NCBI RefSeq assembly: GCF_006345805.1
Contig: NC_043001.1
Coordinates: 45,694,001 to 45,758,000 of the forward strand
Direction of reading: 5' to 3'
DNA: 64,000 bases
Source of the DNA: Octopus sinensis
Lineage: Eukaryota
The notes under the pieces are model-generated. The model searched no databases. It was not told the DNA's origin and saw nothing but the letters and a program-made list of their open reading frames with translations. Shown in pieces: positions 35,386 through 64,000 of this stretch. How positions within the stretch are numbered: position 1 is the stretch's first letter; every line of letters begins with the position of its first letter. The position numbers were made by a program, and so were the translations under genes.

Positions 35386-36581
35386 ATATCATCATCATCC
35401 ATCATTTTGAATCTGGGTTTTGTCCTTGTTAACAGGGGTGGCCAGATCTACCTCAATGCCATAGCAACCACCCTCACACCATCTCGCCTGGTTTTGGGCA
35501 TCCTCCTTCTCAAGCCAACCCTCCCAATCTCCTCCTCCACCTGTCCCCTCCACATTTTCCTCAGTCTACTTAACTTTCGCTGTCCATTCACCCTCCTCAG
35601 AACATGCTCCTCATTCTTCAACACATGCCCATACTACCACACTCCATTCGCCCTTGCCAGCCGTTCCACTGATTCCACCAGCCCTAAGTGTCCCCTCAAG
35701 TCCTCAGTCCTCTTATCAGCTTCACGCCACACATTTCTCTCACCACTGCTCTTTCAGTCTTTCTCAAAATTGCTATCTTTCTCTCTCTCTCTCTCTGAAA
35801 CTACATGTTTCACTCCCATACAGCATTGCAGCTCTCACACAACTCCTATAGACCGTTTCTTTCGTCTTCAGTGTATGTGTATCTTTACGTCTGTGTTTGT
35901 CTCCCCCATCACTGCTTGACAACTGGTGTTGGTGTTTATATCTCCGTTACTATCCTGCGGTCCTTCTCTGTGAGCTTTGCTTTCCGTCCAGAACTATGCT
36001 TGCCAGAGTTAGTTTCACCTTGGCTTTGGATTTTAGAGACTTCTCAAAACATTAAAAATTCAGCAATTTTAGTGACCAAAGCCCCTGCCAACTATGCCCC
36101 AACAATTAGTCCTCTTTGGAAATCAGATAGGTCATGCATTTTAACTTACTTAAATATACATATATATATAAAGACGATCCTCCGGAGACGGTCTCACAAA
36201 ACAGACTGTTTGTTCAGCAATTTCCGTAAACATTTTTTTTTAGCTGATCATTGAAAAACATAGTCGCACATTCACACATACGTACGTACACTCATTGTCT
36301 TTCATGTCATGAGCGAGTTGAACAGTGAAACTCACACACACATACATGTTTTATGCTTCCACGACTCGTTTATGTTCGTGTATTTTTTATGTATGGATGT
36401 GTTGAAATGTGTATGCATGTATATTTGTGTAAGTATATGTATGTGTTTATGTGCATGTATGTATTGTATTGGGTTTGTCTATGAGCTGAAAAAAAACTTT
36501 AAACAAAAAAAAAATTTACGGAAAATACCGAACAAATAGTTCGTTCTGTGAGACCATAATCGAGGGATCGCCATATGCATG

Positions 36582-36636
<55 letters not shown>

Positions 36637-36897
36637 TATACACATATATATATATATATAATAGTATATAAAGGGAATCTTTTCTAGGAATATATGTATG
36701 TCGGTGTCTGGTTTACCCACACAACAAAGGTATTATACATTTTGTAGACCTGTAACTATGCACTACGAATAATAAACCCACCGTCAATTGAAACTATGAA
36801 ATATGCAGTCGATATAAAATAAATTATGAGGAAAATAATAATAAAAACACGGTTTGGAAGCAGTGTTTGAAAGTGCGTGTGTTACCGTTGAAGACAT

Positions 36898-37128
36898 TGG
36901 TGGGCAGAAACATTAGCACGTCGGGCGAAATGCTTAGCGGTATTTCGTCTGCCGTTACGTTGTGAGTTCAAATTCCGCCGAGGTCGACTTTGCCTTTCAT
37001 CCTTTCGGGGTCGATAAATTAAGTACCAGTTACGCACTGGGGTCGATGTAATCGACTTAATACCTATGTCTGTCTGTCTTTGTTTGTCCCCTCTATGTTT
37101 AGCCCCTTGTGGGTAATAAAGAAATAGG
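36898..37128 (+). mobile_element. SINE family A, young copy inserted in duplicated block B
   Basis: Near-identical to 22618-22841; absent from the paralogous block at ~19.1-19.3 kb. Confidence 0.9.
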
Positions 37129-37869
37129 TAATATATAAAAATTAGTCCAAGTTAAAATGATAAACAAAGTAAGGAAAAACATTGTATTTACGAATAAAAT
37201 ATAGATTACTAAAATTCGAAGAGACTTGTCGAATAAATTTATTATGATAAAAAAAATTTTAAGAATTGTTCTTGTGTGGCAAGGACACAACGTGGATAAC
37301 ATACATATTAAGTCAATATTTTCAATTTGGCGAGAGGGAAAAAAATTTCAAAAATCCAACACTCATTTTAGAATTAAAATATGACATTACAGTAAAATAA
37401 CATGAAATTAAATATAATTCTTAACTATATATACACTATATGAAAGGGAAAGAAAATGGAAAGTCGATGCTAACCTGTCAGGAATACTTAAAAATGGAAA
37501 TGAAATAATTATATGAGGTCGCTGTTGCTACGAAACGTACCGTCAGAGAGAGAGAGAGAGAAAACTAAACAAAAAATGTGAATGGAGAAAGAAGGATAAA
37601 TTATGTAAAAAGACTATGTAAATTAGTGAAAATATGAGTGGAGGTGAGGAGGGTGACCGGCCTAAGGGCATGTGCGCAGAATCTACACTTTCTAATCGCC
37701 GGCTGACAAGAAATTAGACAGGAAGATTGCATTCTTGAATATGGACATTAAGATTTAAATAAAGCTATGGAATTGAGGAAACTAGTCATGTTCTGCGTCG
37801 GGAAAAGTGATGCTAGTAATTAAAAGTTCAGTGAAATAAACTGTCTGCCGAGAAGAGACGAAAAGTTAT

Positions 37870-38590
<721 letters not shown>

Positions 38591-38639
38591 ATATGTGTGT
38601 GTGTGTGTTTCATAGTAATTATATTTTCATTTGGTAGGT

Positions 38640-39530
38640 CAGTGGCCATGGATTTTACAACTCATCTTAATCCAGTGAAATTAATACAACATGGATGATG
38701 AGAGGAGCAAAGATGAATGAGGTGGAGTAGTTGAGCGGTTGGGACACAAGATCAGGCATCTTCAAACAGAGGCTTTTGTGTAGGGTGTAGAACAGACAAA
38801 GCAATGAGTTGACATGTCTATGGCCTGAGGCAGCAGCATACTGTGAGAGACTTTACATCGATCAGTCAAGTAACTCTTAAGATGTTTTGTGTGCAGCAAC
38901 AGCACTGTCTTAGATGTAGGAGCAGTACTCCATTGTAAAACCATTTGAACTTTTTAAAAGATTAGTAACTGTTCAGGGATTAACTATTCTTTAAATCTGA
39001 AGAGAAGGGCCAGTCATGGAGATTTGTTCCTCTCTATGTTAATGATGTGAATACACCCTGAAAGATCCTTAGTGAGGTGTGGTTATGTTTTCTTGAGGCA
39101 AACAAACTTTTTTTTTGTTGGAAGAGACAAGATTGACATAACACCATTGCTTTCAGAGAGTAAGTGTAGGTTTGTCATGAAGGGTATATATTGCACATGG
39201 ATGATACTTGAGTGTGTGGTATCATCTTTGTAAAATTAGATGTTGTTGGACATGACAGTAAATAGGACATTGTTGTAGAGTAGAAAGAGTGAGGGAGACA
39301 GAATTGAAGTCTGAGGCACACCAGAGTTGATAGTAGTTAAGTTTGAGAGAAGACTGGGATAGAGCAATCCAATAGGAAGCTACTGATCCAGATAGTTAAC
39401 TGAGTTGATGAACTATAAGGTCAGAGTGAGGGTGAATGTATAGTATGTAAATGTGTTAGATAGTCATGACAAGGCAGTGCTGAACCCAATAGATACAGAG
39501 ACAATCGTAGAAGGTCTCTGCCTCAAATTG
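38640..39530 (-). mobile_element. Degenerate CR1/L2-type LINE RT remnant (paralogous to 20245-20900)
   Basis: Minus-strand WISSFL..INSGVPQTSILSPSLFLLYNN..YKDDT, NLVSSNKK..RKHNHTSLRI. Confidence 0.72.
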
Positions 39531-40719
39531 AACCTGGATTCTTTAATCAATTAGAAGGTTTTAATAAACAACAAAACAGAATCTTTTAAATTGAGTGAAT
39601 GTTGCAAAAAAATTTTACCAATGATGCCCAACAACTACTTTTAATTTCTTAAAATGATGTCAGCAAAAATTCTAGTCAATCCAAAGTTGTTAATTGATAA
39701 TTAGTCAAGCATTGATTAAGCTAAGCACAGCTTATAAAAAGAGTAGTGAACAACAGACAGGTGTTGAATGAACACAGTCACAGACAGAGCCAGATACATG
39801 GACAGTGATACAGCATACAGTAAGTTAGGTTGAATTCAACATCTGTTGTTTTTTGACAACTAGACTAGTCAGTAGAAACATTCTGCAACATCCAACTCAA
39901 AGATAAACTATGGCAAAGGACACTCATATTTATTCAATAATTCTCTCTCTCCCTCCCTCCCTCCAAGACTGTCTTTCATATATGCACACAAGCAAACAAA
40001 CTGTCCAATTAAATTATTAAGGTCACCTCCAAATAAAACAAAACTATGTTGCCTTGTTTTTGACACATGACACCTGACTGAGGAAACATATGCAGCTTTC
40101 AGCAAAATGTTTCAACAGGCAACTTAGACCACCATGTATAGTCTGGACACTCACTTTGTAAACACAGTGAATCTACAACCACAATGAAGTTCAGCAATCA
40201 AGCAATTATTTCACACCTATAAAGAATACACTACCAAAATTAGAGAAGCCCCCAAATGGAAAACAGCATAAAAGCAGATGTATAACTTTGGTCTCATGTT
40301 CTGAGGTTCAGAATCAACTTCTATACTTTGTTTCCATGTGGTCATGGAAAATTTATAAACTCTGAATTTTTTTACACATGTTCCTATGATTTTCCATTTC
40401 AGAAACAGATGCAGTATATGTATTAGATAGTTTGCCTTTCTTTTTCTTTCAAATCTTTATATTGCATGCCTTTTGAATTTGTATTCTAATTCTCCTTTTC
40501 TTTATTTGCACATGCATCAATACAAATAATAACATGTCTTCTCTTCTCTTTTTCTTATGCATACACCTGCACACTTTCAATGCATAAACATAACAACAGC
40601 TGAATTTTGCATTTTGTTCTCTTGATAGTTTTGACTCTGTAAACTTAAGGCTAACTATCTGGTGACACTTGTATAATACCTACAATGTATTATACATGTT
40701 TATCTTTTTTTTATCTATC

Positions 40720-41075
40720 ATCTGTTTCAGTCATTAGACTGTGGCTATGCTTAGGCACTGCCTTGAAGAACCTCTAGTTGAATGAATCAGCCCCAACACT
40801 TATTTTTGCTTTTTCAAGCCTGATACTAACTCTATCAAACTCTTTGCTGAACTAAGTTACAGGGATGTAAACAAACCAACACTGATTGTCAAGTGGTAGT
40901 GAGGGACAAACACACACAGTCGACTTCTTTCAGTTTTTGTCTGTCAAATTCATTTACAAGCTTTTGGTTGGCCTGAGGCTATTGTAGAAGACACTTGCTT
41001 AAGGTTCCATGCAGTGGGACTGAAACCGGAACCATGTGATTGGGAAGCAAACGGTTTACTACACAGCCATATCTG
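40720..41075 (-). mobile_element. SINE family B, full length
   Basis: Same head and tail motifs. Confidence 0.85.
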
Positions 41076-43269
41076 CACCTACAATGCCAGGATATATTCA
41101 ACTTTCAGTAGCCTATGTTCTTCATTCATAATTTGCAAACCCATAGACAGCCAGCATTTGAGTTATGTATTTGAATGTTTTTCTAGTCCTATTCTCTTCT
41201 GTCATTTATATACCATCGTTCATGCACTCACAATACAATTTTTTTTGGTTTTTCATATAAAAGTTTCCATTTTCTCAGAGTATGTAACTTTTTTCACAAT
41301 TCTTTTTTATTTGTTAAATGTTGCAACATGCACACATTTAAGTATTTGTGTCTTCAGCAATTGTTTCCAGATCTGTACCAATCCTAGGCTGTAATTACTG
41401 ACAATTTGTCTGTCAGATCCTACACTTAGCAAGTTTACACTGCACTTCTTTTCTTTTTAAATTGCTTCTCATCTTCTCTTGAGCAGGTCTGTTAACACCG
41501 TCTACCATATTCTCTTGGTATTTTCAATGAAGAACACAAACCTAATTTTTAGTCATTTATCTTTTACCCTGTATACAACATTGCTCAGGTCATGGTGTAC
41601 ATAGAAGTTCACCCAGGTTTTTTTTTACAATTTGTTGTACATGATTTACCCATAGCAATTCATCTTCATCACAGCACTAGACATACTTGACCTATGCGCT
41701 TCCTTCGAAGCATATACCAAACTGTACACATAAATTTACCAGAAATCTACCTGCTACACCATGGCTTCAGAATATATAGTTTGTGATTTTCTCAGTTCCA
41801 TGCAATGTAAATTGGCAACCACACCATACTCAGACTCACTTGAGTATTATATATTGGACCATATTCAGACCTACTCAGATATTAAACAGCAATGTATTCA
41901 GACTCACTTGAATATTGCATTCACATGTATATGCAATCTGGTACTTCACTATTCGGATGCACTTGAATATATGCATAATTCAGTACTACACCTTATTCAG
42001 ATTCACATTTCTGGTATCAAAGATGCATATTTCTGGCCTCACATTACATCCTCTTTCACTGAGCACATTTAAAACCACATTAATGTTCTCAGTCATGGTT
42101 TAGCCACCATTTCTCTGCAAAATTGCCATAATTTTTCTATAGCCTGCTAGGCTTATATTTAAATTTGTTTGTTATGCAACCAACTCTCTGATGGAAGAGT
42201 AATGCAGCAGGTTTCTACCTTGAATTGAACCTGGATTCTTTTTTTCAATTAGGTTTTAATAAACAACAGAACAGAATCTGTGAAATTGAGTGATGACATC
42301 ATCAAAAATTTAGCCAAAGATACCCAACAACTATGCATTAAATTCTTTATGTTAGCAAAAATTCTAGTAAAAATTCTAGTATTATTGATAATCAGTCAAG
42401 CTTTGATTAAGCTAAACACAGCTTCTAAAAAGAAGAGCAGACAACAAATAGGAGCTGGACAGAAAGACACGGTCATGCATAAGTTATTCTAAGTTCACTA
42501 TCAAACAAAAATAATTCCAGTTCTGTTAGTAACCTTCAATTTTCCTTAGCTTTTATCCATATTTCCATGCTTGTATAGATTGGACAAATAGATATTGAGG
42601 TACTAATTTACAAGCAGATGCACTTCTTGTAGCAAACCCTTGCATATTTTTCATTCCACTTGTGCTTGAAAATGCAGGGGCTACAGTATGATTTAAGGGA
42701 AATGTCAATATGTTACTGCTTTTACAGCTTCATGCAAAGATATGTACAGTAAACATTCACATGTACATAAGTGCACACACATTAATGATGGGCTTCCATA
42801 ATTTGTCAATTACACTCGCAAAGCATTGATTAGCTTGAGGCTACAGTGGAAGACAATTACTCTAGGTGCCATGCAATTAAATAGTACTCAGAACCACATG
42901 GTTATGGCATGAACTTCATAGCCACACAGTTGTGCTTGTATTTTGTAAGTTTATTTACATTTAACGGATTACTCTGAAGAGGAAGTGCAGTGTATGTGTT
43001 TTTTGCAGTGCTTCTGAGAATGGGAGAAATGAAGAACTCATGACTCAACAGTAAGAAGCAATACATCAAGAAGTCAAGTTACTTCAAACTGGTCTGAATG
43101 AAAACAATGGACTCCAGAAAAAGTAACCAAGGCCAAGAGCTACAATTCTTTAGGGGTGTATGTTGGAATAACATACATTTACCTCTATCCCTGAAGGAGA
43201 TGTAGACATTACTACCTGCTTAAGTAATAATCTTTTGTACTATAGGTACAAGGTCTGGAAGTTTTGGTG

Positions 43270-44895
43270 GGAGGGGGTTAGTGGATCACATCAACCTCAG
43301 TGTGCAACTGGTACTTATTTCATTGACCCCAAAAGGATGAAAGGCAAAGTTGACCTCAGTGGAATTTGAACCCAAAATGTAGCAATGAGTGAAATACTAC
43401 TAAGCATTTTGCCTGGCATGCTAATGATTTTCCCAGCTTGCTACTTTACCTGCTAAAGTAGTAATAGAATCATTAAATAGATGTACAATATTGTACATCC
43501 ACTGAAACATTTAAGTATATTTTTAAACAAATCAAATTACTTGGGTCAAATAGTTTTGTACAATATTGTACATCTACTTATTGATTCTCTCATCACTATT
43601 TCAGTAAATATGAAATCCAGGTATTGCTAAGACTAAAACATGCCTGTAGTTGTCTCCCATTTTTGCTGGAACTATTAAAGTATTGGTCATTGAACTAATC
43701 TTATCCTTCCCTCATCATATATGTATTTCTTAGATTGGTAATGCTCACTCCATTAAACATACTAACTTCATGCAGATGGCACATCTCAGTAAGCAACTTT
43801 GTGATTTTCTTATTAAGTATGTAGCTGGATGGTGGTTTCTTACTTCTATAAACTGTTATCATTTTATCTTAACCCTTTTGTTACTAACCTGGCCAAAACC
43901 GGCTCTGGCTCAGTGGTAAAATGTCTTGTTTCCATAAGTTTTGAATTAAAATATTCCACCAAGCCTTAGTCACAATTTACATTCCTAACACTAGCTTAAT
44001 GATAACTAAGTTATTTTACTAAATTCTTTGTTATATTTAAAATAATTGAAAGAAACACAGAGCATCTCAAAATAAATACAGTAATGAAAGGGATAATGTT
44101 ATTTATATACTAAAACAACATATTGTGGTAGAACCATTCTATCAACTAAGACAAATTTATATTCATTTTTACCAGATCATTTTGTTATACTAATACATAT
44201 TAATCTGTCACCTGGTTTACCATCATCCCTTGGCTGCTTTCAGTGACATCATTCTTGCCAGCAGTCAGACCAGGTCTTCAGTTTGAGGAAAACTTATTTT
44301 AATGCAGTCAGTACTTCCTATGGCAGCAGCTTATGCCTAATGCTGCATCTCCACTCGCATGAGAAGGCCCTACAAAAGGCTCATAGATGCTGCTGCTCCT
44401 TCTTTGACTAAACCATCACTAATAAAGAAAAATCCCACCCTTCTGAGGCCAGCTTGCGTCTAAAGATTTAGATATTTAATAACTGCTTCCACTTTAGGCA
44501 GAAGGTTAGCAATTTTAGTGTGTAATGAACTAGTCAATTACATCTAACCCAGTGCTTGACATATAACATTACTAACCCAGGAGATGAAAAGGCAAATTTG
44601 ACCATGCAGGATTTGAACTCAAAACAAAGCCAGAAGAAATATTGCATTTTGTCTAATGCTCTAACACCTGTGCCAATTCACTGCTCTTATAACTGTTTCT
44701 AATTTATGCACAAGGCCAACAATTTTGAATGAAAGGGTGCTAGTTGATTACATTCACTTCAGTACTCAACTGATATCTTATTTTGTTGACCCTGGAATAA
44801 TGAAAGGCAATGTTAATCTCAGTAGGATTTAAATTTAGAATACAAAGAACCATAAGTACCTCAAGGTAATTTTCTCTAATACTATAATTCTGCCA
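43270..44895 (-). mobile_element. Three degenerate SINE family A copies (~43270-43440, 44510-44690, 44725-44895)
   Basis: Reverse-complement motifs aaaggcaaagttgacc..ggaatttgaac(t)c. Confidence 0.7.
43873..44092 (+). mobile_element. piggyBac-type MITE, second copy of the 1746-1963 element
   Basis: Colinear with 1746-1963; left TTAA, right ATAA (mutated TSD). Confidence 0.88.
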
Positions 44896-45134
44896 GCTTT
44901 CACAATAATAATGATGAGTAAGACCAGTGGAAATTCTACAGTGTAATTCAGAATATTTGAAAACATTATATTAATATATTAAACACAAGCAAGGAATTAA
45001 AAAAAATTCTTTTGAAATCCTGCCATTTAGTCAGAATTGCACTTTTAAATAGAACTTTTCATTTCATTTCAGCTATCTATCCATTTATTGATATATCTGT
45101 ATGCCAGCCTGCTTGATTTGTAGCTTTGTTCTTT

Positions 45135-45320
45135 TCCTCATCATCATCATTTACTATCCATGTTGGTATGGGTTGAAGTTTGACAAGGACTGTATTGTGC
45201 TCCATTGTCTACTTTAACAAGGTTTCTAAAGTTGGATGCCCTTCATAACTCCAATCACCTTACATGTATTAGGTGGTTTTTTTTTGTGTCACCAGCACAA
45301 ATGCAGTCACATGTAGCTTG
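45135..45320 (-). mobile_element. RTE 3'UTR-type SINE, degenerate
   Basis: Same motifs (ggatgcccttc, gtcaccagcac). Confidence 0.6.
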
Positions 45321-47230
45321 CAAGACCCTGATAGAAGCAGCTTTATGCTAGATGAGTTAGAGTATGAGAGGAGGGGTCAGAGTAGAGCAGGTTTTAAAAG
45401 GTGAAGGGTGATTGGAGTAGTGCAGAGAAGACAGAAAACTGTGATGAATTGTTTGTGTGGACTCTCAATGTACAAGGTGCAGAAATGAATGATGTGGGGT
45501 GGAAAGGAGAACAGGGAGTGTGGGTGGGTAAGATAGCAAGAGTGAATGAGAAAGATGGGGAATTGCTGAGGGAGTAATTACATTGAATGAAGGACAATTA
45601 ATTTACACAATATCTACATATAGTTGTTCAACCTGCTAGACTATATTCTGCCCTCTTAAATAAGGGCACATTAACTAACTGAGTCTTATATATCTGTAAA
45701 AGATTGAAAGGCCGTAGATGAAACACCTTTGATCATAGATGTGCTGGATCAGAGCTTAAGAGCTAACACAGGGCTCAGTAACAACAAACAAAACTATTAA
45801 GCAAAAGAAAAAAAAAAGTGAAATTGCAGATTGATATTTTATTTTTAAAAACCAAATTCTTTACTTCTTATTCATCTTTTTATGCAACCCCATTCGTTTC
45901 CAGTTATTTTCAATTCAATAGATTTACAGATTTGTCTCCGCAGTTAAAATCTACACAGGTTTTCTCACACCTACTAACCACCGGACTAACCAACCAACCC
46001 CCAGAAGTCCTTTCTTGGTCTGATTTGCCAGTTGTTTTGTAACAAAGCTAACCAATATTTGCCAAACTACAATAGCTGTTAACACATCATTCTGTTTTGA
46101 AATTTGTGCCAATAAAAATAATCTTTTGGATTTGGTGTCATTTTCCTTTTCCTTTTTATTTGAGCCGGAAAGTGCATGTGTGTGTGTGTGTGCACATGCA
46201 CATGCATGTTGGAAGGAGTAGTAAGATGTTTGCTACTCTGCTTCCTTTTCTAACTTCCTTCACTCCAAATGCAACAAATTCCTTGAATTCTATAATCAGG
46301 TTGTGTTGTAGAATTTTATTCAATATGATATGTGGTGGGAGTGAGAGAAAAAGTTTATGTGTGATAGAAAGAAAGAGGAGTTAGTGAGAAAGTGTGAGAG
46401 AGGAAGGGAAGGATAAGAGAGAAAATAGTAATTAATTAGACAATACCTTTTTTCTTAATGCTTAAATAATTAGTTAATTAACTAAATTATATTTTACTTT
46501 GAAGCTTTCATTTTATTTTTGCTTTTCTATTAAATTAATTTTTAGTTCATTATTATTTTATCATGAAAATCATTCCAGAAAAGCTAAGTTTAAAAGATAA
46601 GTTCTCTCTTACCATCACCACAACCTTAACTACCCCTCTGCAAAAAACCCCAAAAAAAAACAAACAAACAAACAAAACAAAAGCCTCAACAATATTTTAA
46701 CCCTTCTTTATTTTCAGCTTTCATGTGGTGGGAGAAAGATGTGGGATTAGGAGGCAGTAATTCTTTCTTTTACCCTTCCCCATAAAATAAAATCTTCCGT
46801 AATTTAATATCAATTTAGATTTAAAAAAACCTCCCCAAAAAACAAAGAAAAAACCCCAACGTGCCTCGAAATCCCACTTCCTGTAAGAGGATAAAATATT
46901 ATCTGCGAGATTTAAAAAGCACAACTAATATCTGTTTCACCTGCGATGGATCATTTCTTCATTCTTTTTTATACTTCTACTTTCTTTCTCAAATACTTCC
47001 TTCTTTCATTCATTTTTGGATTTTTTTGATACTTAACTTTTATTTTCACCAATCAACAAAAAGGAATGTGAGTGATATTGTCAAAAGAAGTCGCCAGTTA
47101 TGTATGGTGTTTGTTTATTATTTTTTAATCAATTTTAGTTTGCTGAGCTTGGCAGCCTTCTTAGCAAATGACCAGCAGATGACAACTGTTGATTAAGATA
47201 CCCAGGCACAAGTAGAGGCTGATTAGTGAT

Positions 47231-63760
<16,530 letters not shown>

Positions 63761-64000
63761 CTGAAAATATAAATAAAAATGGGTGAATAGAGTAAGGTGG
63801 TAGCAAAGTGTGTGAGATAATTACTTATTGTGTGACAGCAATCATCCAAATTTGTGATAGTAATTTTATGAGTGTTCTATCTGTTGTATATGCACCCATA
63901 AATTATATGGGGTGGCACTATTTTGTGCACTTTTTCTAAAAGAGTGAATGAAAGAATGGAGTCCACTAGACCAGTTTTAGATCAGCAAGTACATACTGTA

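Noticed and set aside
41761-42072. 103-aa plus-strand ORF
   Set aside because: Overlies a degenerate minisatellite (tattcagactcacttgaatatt-like units), with no homology or splice context

Overview
AT-rich eukaryotic genomic DNA, very probably a coleoid cephalopod such as Octopus. This is inferred from SINE and RTE-LINE 3' ends that I recognise from memory, not from a database search. Two multi-exon protein-coding genes on the minus strand were assembled by hand, with GT-AG junctions and consistent phases throughout. (1) A complete 12-coding-exon gene at 729-17502 encodes a 397-aa RNA-binding protein: acidic N-terminus, two nucleolin-like RRMs, a basic K/R/Q linker and a G/Y/N/Q/S-rich low-complexity tail. 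(2) The last 12 exons of a HERC3/HERC4-type HECT E3 ligase lie at 47231-63760; the gene continues beyond the window. The rest is a dense transposon patchwork: piggyBac deletion derivatives and MITEs, mariner, DD37D maT, Merlin-like and Helitron elements, RTE and CR1/L2 LINEs, at least two tRNA-type SINE families, foldback elements and microsatellites. Best leads: (a) inverted piggyBac copies flank a 282-nt, frame-symmetric three-exon module of the low-complexity tail (exon skipping, or a circRNA with a stop-free ORF); (b) a 34-nt cassette exon would switch the reading frame of the last exon; (c) several normally conserved HECT glycines are encoded by codons that A-to-I editing would turn back into Gly; (d) a ~2-3 kb upstream, promoter-like block is duplicated 18 kb away, next to orphan exon-like sequences. 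Repeat boundaries are approximate unless a TSD is given. No CRISPR, rRNA or true tRNA genes were found.
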